Source: an uncultured Thermococci archaeon (lineage in GTDB: Archaea > CAYQAE01 > CAYVLA01). From it: DNA of 64,000 nt. Within the stretch, counting starts at the first letter, position 1, and every line of letters starts with the position of its first letter. The notes under the pieces are model-generated. The model searched no databases. It was not told the DNA's origin and worked only from the letters and a program-made list of their open reading frames with translations. The stretch lies in NCBI GenBank assembly GCA_964549615.1, contig CAZJVP010000048.1, forward strand, positions 1 through 64,000, read 5' to 3'. The position numbers and the translations under genes were made by a program. Below are positions 59,553 to 64,000 of the stretch, one piece after another.

Positions 59553-60471
59553 GCTCACAGTGCTCTTGGCCGGGCTTGGCATTTTCGTCGCCGTCGGCCT
59601 CATCGTGCCGCACATCTCCAGCGGGCCGAAAGGCGATGGGAACGCGCCCGCCAATGTGACCGTGGTCATAACCCGCGACTACGGCAAGATCCTTCTCCAA
59701 ATGGCGCAGTTCCCGCCGACTTCGGGTCTGACGGCGATGGAGATGCTCCACAACATGACGAGCGTCGAGACCAGGTACGGCGGCATGTACGTCTACTCGA
59801 TGTTTGGGCTGAAGTCCGACCTTGCCAAGAAGCTCGACTGGCTGTACTATGTCAACGGCGTCTATATGGACAGGGGGTTGGCAAGTTACAGGCCCCAGCA
59901 AGGCGAGGTCGTGCAGGTGGACTACCACTACTGGGGAAGCTACCCCCCGTCTCCAGGCTTCCTCAGCGGGTACCCAGCCAAGCTCGCCTACGGCCTTCAT
60001 GGGAAGAAAAGCAACATCACCATCGTTGCGGGCAGGGAGGTTCGCAAGGAGGCGGAGGACCTCGCCCGCGTCATCACGCAGCTGGCCGGGCGTGAACCGA
60101 CGATCGTCGAAGCCTCCTCGTTGACTGAGGACCGGAGGGATGAAGACTTGATAGTGCTTGCGACCCCACAAACGGCTTCCCTCTATCAGGAAGTGGTCGA
60201 ATGGAGGAAGAACGTCTATTGGTTCTCGAGCCTGGAAGACGGCAAGCTCTGGCTCAACGGCCTGGAGAGGGGGCACAGAACCGAGCTTGAGCACGGTTGC
60301 GCCATCCAGTGCATGGATTTCCCGGGCAAGGGCATCTGGGCCGTCATCGTGCTTGCGACCGACGAGCGTTGGATGGCGGAGGGGCTAAGGTATCTCAACG
60401 AGGGATCGGCTGGATACAGCGCCGCCTTTGCTGCAACCCCCTCCGGGATAGTATTGCTGCCGGTGGAATGA
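59536..60471 (+). CDS. DUF4430 (transcobalamin beta-domain-like) membrane-anchored protein
   Basis: VETRYGGMYVYSMFG...DWLYYVNG....G..Y. Confidence 0.8.
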   Translation: MQIVNRLTVLLAGLGIFVAVGLIVPHISSGPKGDGNAPANVTVVITRDYGKILLQMAQFPPTSGLTAMEMLHNMTSVETRYGGMYVYSMFGLKSDLAKKLDWLYYVNGVYMDRGLASYRPQQGEVVQVDYHYWGSYPPSPGFLSGYPAKLAYGLHGKKSNITIVAGREVRKEAEDLARVITQLAGREPTIVEASSLTEDRRDEDLIVLATPQTASLYQEVVEWRKNVYWFSSLEDGKLWLNGLERGHRTELEHGCAIQCMDFPGKGIWAVIVLATDERWMAEGLRYLNEGSAGYSAAFAATPSGIVLLPVE

Positions 60472-60472
60472 G

Positions 60473-61366
60473 TTGTTCGACCTGACATACCGGGACCTCG
60501 GGTCTTTGGTGCACAGGCTGGGAGTTTCAGCCAAGGTCTTGCTTTTCGGTTGGCTCTTTGCATTGTCGCTGATCTACTCCGATCTCCTCTTCCTTTCATC
60601 CCTGATCGCGGTGTGCTTGGCGCTCGCTTTCCTAGGAAGGGTCGGCGCCTCCACCGTAAAGTTCTTGAGATTCCTCCTGGTTTTCGTCGTCCTGGTCTTC
60701 CTAATCAACCTAGTCGCCAATCAGCACGGTGAACACGCGTTAGTTAGAACCAGCTTCAGGTTCTACTGGTGGCGGCTGACGTTCAGGCTCACGCAGGAGT
60801 CCTTGTCCTCGGCCATTCGGATGGTTCTCAGGCTTCTGGCCGTGATCTTGGCCTTCCTGGTCTTCACGCTCACGACGAAACCCGAAGGCCTACTTAGGAA
60901 GGTGACGGCGATCAAAGGACTCGAGGGACTGGGGCTGTTGCTTGCCCTGTCCTACAGGTTCCTGCCCACGATCTTCCTCGACGGTGTCCGGATCAAGGAT
61001 TCCTTAAGCTCGAGGGGCGTACGGTTTGAGGAGGGAAGCAGGTGGGAGAGGATCAGGTCGTACTCCAGCCTAGGAATTCCCTTGGTCGTCAACAGCTTGG
61101 ACAGAAGCCTCCAGCTTGCCGAGGCCCTAGAGAGCAGGGGATATGCGGGCTCGCGACGCACCAAGGCCGCGGCCCCAGCGCGTTCCGCCTCCGACGTCCT
61201 GCTCGCATCGTACTATCTCTGCGCAGGTGCCGTGTTCCTCGGACTCTGGGTCACCCTGGACATCGGCCGCGCGGCCATGTTCGTCCAGTCGACGAATCTG
61301 CCCGGTGCCGCGGCCCTCTTCGCCTCCTTCGTCGGACCGGTCCTTGCTCGGAGGGGTCGGGCTTGA
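60473..61366 (+). CDS. ecfT: ECF transporter T component
   Basis: RFLP, SRG and LAEALESRGY motifs; multiple TMs. Confidence 0.9.
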   Translation: MFDLTYRDLGSLVHRLGVSAKVLLFGWLFALSLIYSDLLFLSSLIAVCLALAFLGRVGASTVKFLRFLLVFVVLVFLINLVANQHGEHALVRTSFRFYWWRLTFRLTQESLSSAIRMVLRLLAVILAFLVFTLTTKPEGLLRKVTAIKGLEGLGLLLALSYRFLPTIFLDGVRIKDSLSSRGVRFEEGSRWERIRSYSSLGIPLVVNSLDRSLQLAEALESRGYAGSRRTKAAAPARSASDVLLASYYLCAGAVFLGLWVTLDIGRAAMFVQSTNLPGAAALFASFVGPVLARRGRA

Positions 61367-62811
61367 TTGAGTTCCAGGACGTGACCTTCACCTACCCAGC
61401 GTCGCCGTCCTACGCGCTAAGGGGCCTGAACCTTAGCATCGGCGAGGGCGAGTATGTCGTCGTTGCGGGGCGGTCGGGCTGCGGAAAGTCCACCCTGCTA
61501 CGTTGCATGAACGGCCTCGTCCCACATTTCTACGGCGGCACCTTCGCGGGCAAGGTCACCGTGGACGGGCTGGACACCAGATACACCAAGGTGCGTAGGC
61601 TTGCCGAGGTCGTCGGGCTCGTTTTCCAGGACCCCGAGAGCCAGTTCGTCACAACTTCGGTGAAAAGCGAACTCGAATTCGGCCAAGAGAACCTTGGAAG
61701 GACGCCTGCGGAGATCAGCACGAAAACAAGGGAGCTTGCCGAGCGTTTCGCCCTTGACGCCATCTTGGACAAGCCTCCGGCCGAGATATCCGGCGGGGAG
61801 AAGCAGAAGGCGATAATCGCGTCCGTGGCCGCGATGGGCACCAGGGTCCTCGCACTTGATGAGCCGACCTCCCAGCTTGATCCCCGTTCCGCCTCCCAGA
61901 TATTCGAACTGCTCAGGAACCTAAACGAGCAGGGGATGACGATAGTCCTCACGGAACACAGGCTCAAGCGCGTGCTGGGCGATGCATCCCGGGCATTGGT
62001 GATGGAGCAAGGGAGGGTGGCTTTCGATGGCAAGCCATCGGAGGTGGCGCGACGCTTCCCCGAACTCGTGTCGATCGCACCTCCTCCTTCCAGGCCTCGT
62101 TCAGAAGACCGTTCGGTCGTCCTTCAGATCAGGGACCTTTGGTTCCGGTATCCATCGCAGGAGAGCTGGGCGATAAGGAACCTCTCCTTCGACGTCCACA
62201 GGTCGGAGCTCCTCGGCATCATCGGTTCCAACGGGTCCGGGAAAAGCACCCTGGCCCTAGTACTAGCCGGACTCCTCAGGCCGTACCAAGGTCGGGTTCT
62301 CCTCGACGGGGAGGAGCTTGCCTCGATTCCCAGATCGACCATCTCGAGGAAGGTGGGAATAGTGTTCCAGGATCCCAACATCCATCTTTTCCACGATGAC
62401 GTCAGATCCGAGGTCGAGTTCGCGATCAGGAATATGGGGTTAGACGCGGGGAAGGAGACCGAGCGCATCCTTGACCGCTTCGGACTTAAGCACCTTGAGT
62501 CCAGAAACCCTCGCGACCTCAGCGGCGGGCAGAAGCAGACAGTCGCCATAGCCAGCGTGATGGGCTATCGGCCTCAGGTACTTCTGCTTGATGAGCCCAC
62601 GAGAGGGCTTGACCTCGTCGAGAAGGCCGAGATCATGCAGACGATCCTCGAGCTCGCTCAAGGCGGTCCAACCGCGATCGTCGTCCTCACGCACGACCTT
62701 GAGATCGTCGAAGCCTTCGCCGATCGCGTCGTTGCCATCCGTGGCGGCGAGATGTTGCTTGAAGGGGACCCAAAGCGGGTGATCCCCGGGTTCCTGGAGG
62801 CGATGCGGTGA
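61363..62811 (+). CDS. ECF transporter fused double ATPase (EcfA-A')
   Basis: Two Walker A motifs (GRSGCGKS, GSNGSGKS), VFQDP, LDEPT; start refined to TTG 61363. Confidence 0.92.
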   Translation: MIEFQDVTFTYPASPSYALRGLNLSIGEGEYVVVAGRSGCGKSTLLRCMNGLVPHFYGGTFAGKVTVDGLDTRYTKVRRLAEVVGLVFQDPESQFVTTSVKSELEFGQENLGRTPAEISTKTRELAERFALDAILDKPPAEISGGEKQKAIIASVAAMGTRVLALDEPTSQLDPRSASQIFELLRNLNEQGMTIVLTEHRLKRVLGDASRALVMEQGRVAFDGKPSEVARRFPELVSIAPPPSRPRSEDRSVVLQIRDLWFRYPSQESWAIRNLSFDVHRSELLGIIGSNGSGKSTLALVLAGLLRPYQGRVLLDGEELASIPRSTISRKVGIVFQDPNIHLFHDDVRSEVEFAIRNMGLDAGKETERILDRFGLKHLESRNPRDLSGGQKQTVAIASVMGYRPQVLLLDEPTRGLDLVEKAEIMQTILELAQGGPTAIVVLTHDLEIVEAFADRVVAIRGGEMLLEGDPKRVIPGFLEAMR

Positions 62812-63572
62812 GCCGGCTCCTGACGGCGATCCTGGCAGTCGCGGCCATCGGCGTCACAGTCGCATTCGTGTTGGCCATCACCCACCTCGGACCCTCAGGC
62901 CTGGCAAGTTTCAGGGATCGAGTCGGGCCCTCGACCTTCGATTCAGCAGCCTCAATCGTGGCCGCCCTGCTCTTGACCGGTGCGCTATTCTCGGTCGAGG
63001 CTCGACGCCTGGGTGCATCCAAGGAGATAGCCTTCGTGGCGATGATCGTGGCGCTCGGAGCCGCCGGGAGGCTGTTGTTCGCGCCCGCCCCGAACGTCTC
63101 GCCAGTCGACTGGCTGACCCTTTGCACTGGAATCGTCTTCGGCCCAGTGACAGGCTTCACCGTCGGAGCCGCGACGATGCTGGTCTCCAACTTCTGGCTC
63201 GGCCAGGGACCTTGGACCATCTACCAGATGGTTGGCATGGGATCGCTCGGACTCGTCGGCGGGGCTCTTGGCAGCTGGAAACGGTTGCTGGGGAGAAATC
63301 CCCTGGCCGCGCTCGGCGTCGCCTGGGGCTTCGCGTACGGGGCGATCATGGCTGTCTTCTGGGTCTTCATGGTGAGCTCGGTCTTGAGCTGGACCAGCTT
63401 CTTGGCCTACTTCATCTCGGGTCTTCCGTTTTGCCTGCTGCAGGGGACCGGTAATGCGATCTTTCTCTACGCACTGGGACCCAAAACCATAATGCTGTTG
63501 GAGCGATTCAGGCAAAGGCAGTCCGTTCGTTTCGTTGAACCATCGCCCGGGGGCGTGAACGTTGACCTATGA
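62808..63572 (+). CDS. cbrT: ECF S component, CbrT-like (probably cobalamin)
   Basis: GRLLFAPAPNVSPV, VSNFWLGQGPWTIYQM. Confidence 0.75.
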   Translation: MSRLLTAILAVAAIGVTVAFVLAITHLGPSGLASFRDRVGPSTFDSAASIVAALLLTGALFSVEARRLGASKEIAFVAMIVALGAAGRLLFAPAPNVSPVDWLTLCTGIVFGPVTGFTVGAATMLVSNFWLGQGPWTIYQMVGMGSLGLVGGALGSWKRLLGRNPLAALGVAWGFAYGAIMAVFWVFMVSSVLSWTSFLAYFISGLPFCLLQGTGNAIFLYALGPKTIMLLERFRQRQSVRFVEPSPGGVNVDL

Positions 63573-64000
63573 GGAGTTATCGAGGATCCTAGAGTCAAGG
63601 CCGCCGGGCCCCAAGCCCTTCTTCACGGCCGCCCACCTGATCAGGTATCTTGAGCTTGTCCAAATGCGCCATTTCGGTCGCAAGGAGCTGGCCCAGCGCC
63701 TCAAGCTCGGCGAGGGCAGCGTCAGAACCATCACCGATCTCCTCAGGGCCAGAGGGCTTGTGAACGTCGTCAGGGCCGGCGTCAAGTTGAGCGAGGCCGG
63801 CGCAGCTGCCCTTGACTCGATCAGGAAGGAATTCTCAGAAGGACAGCCCGTGCCGGCGAGCAAGGCCGTCGTCGGCGAATACAACGTGGCGATAGCGGTC
63901 AGAGGCGGAGGGAGAAAGGTCACATCCGGCCTCGAGCAGAGGGATGCAGCAATGATCGCCGGTTCGAAGGGCGCGTCCACCTTCGTGTACTCCTCTGGCA
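63562..64000 (+). CDS. DUF4443-like winged-HTH protein, partial (runs off the window end)
   Basis: Manual translation from TTG 63562: PGPKPFFT..HL, GRKELAQRLKLGEGSVRT, GLEQRDAAMIAG.KGA. Confidence 0.7.
   Translation, partial: MTYEELSRILESRPPGPKPFFTAAHLIRYLELVQMRHFGRKELAQRLKLGEGSVRTITDLLRARGLVNVVRAGVKLSEAGAAALDSIRKEFSEGQPVPASKAVVGEYNVAIAVRGGGRKVTSGLEQRDAAMIAGSKGASTFVYSSG

Noticed and set aside
1374-63980. Many long antisense or alternate-frame ORFs (e.g. 1374-2366, 46420-47256, 63567-63980)
   Set aside because: They are shadow ORFs of GC-rich coding regions that overlap well-supported genes and carry no motifs.
1-64000. Genome-wide TAG or TGA recoding
   Set aside because: Conserved genes end at the expected positions with TAG (fbp, rps9, tyrS, thermosome) and TGA (rpl18e, rpl13).
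1-64000. CRISPR array, rRNA, transposase or integrase
   Set aside because: No regularly spaced repeats or diagnostic motifs were seen.

Overview
GC-rich archaeal chromosomal window. Archaeal markers include a thermosome, bifunctional FBP aldolase/phosphatase, short archaeal TpiA, rpl18e-rpl13-rps9-rpoN, archaeal TyrRS, a three-gene RPA operon and a tRNA with a bulge-helix-bulge intron. The lineage cannot be fixed from sequence alone; a Thermoproteota-like anaerobic sugar user is a guess. Housekeeping and metabolic genes (NfnAB/SudAB, GH4, GH38, PfkB, ABC and ECF transporters) alternate with many uncharacterised surface and membrane proteins and two toxin-antitoxin pairs. Main leads: (1) a four-copy paralogous membrane-protein family whose most conserved part is its TM helix and cytoplasmic tail, twice coupled to a second paralogous partner; (2) a 288-bp non-coding segment bounded by inverted 28-bp dif/Xer-like sites and repeated hairpins; (3) a PEF-CTERM-like [IM]-[PSD]-E C-terminal signal on four secreted proteins; (4) a C_GCAxxG_C_C gene whose consensus segment, with UGA at the conserved Cys, is bypassed by two compensating frameshifts; (5) an NHL propeller whose sixth blade lies past an in-frame TAG; (6) tRNA-Arg(UCU) with an intron at 29/30; (7) a possible split transcobalamin-like receptor in a CbrT-type ECF operon. 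All product calls come from reading motifs by eye; no searches were run. Several start codons were refined by hand.
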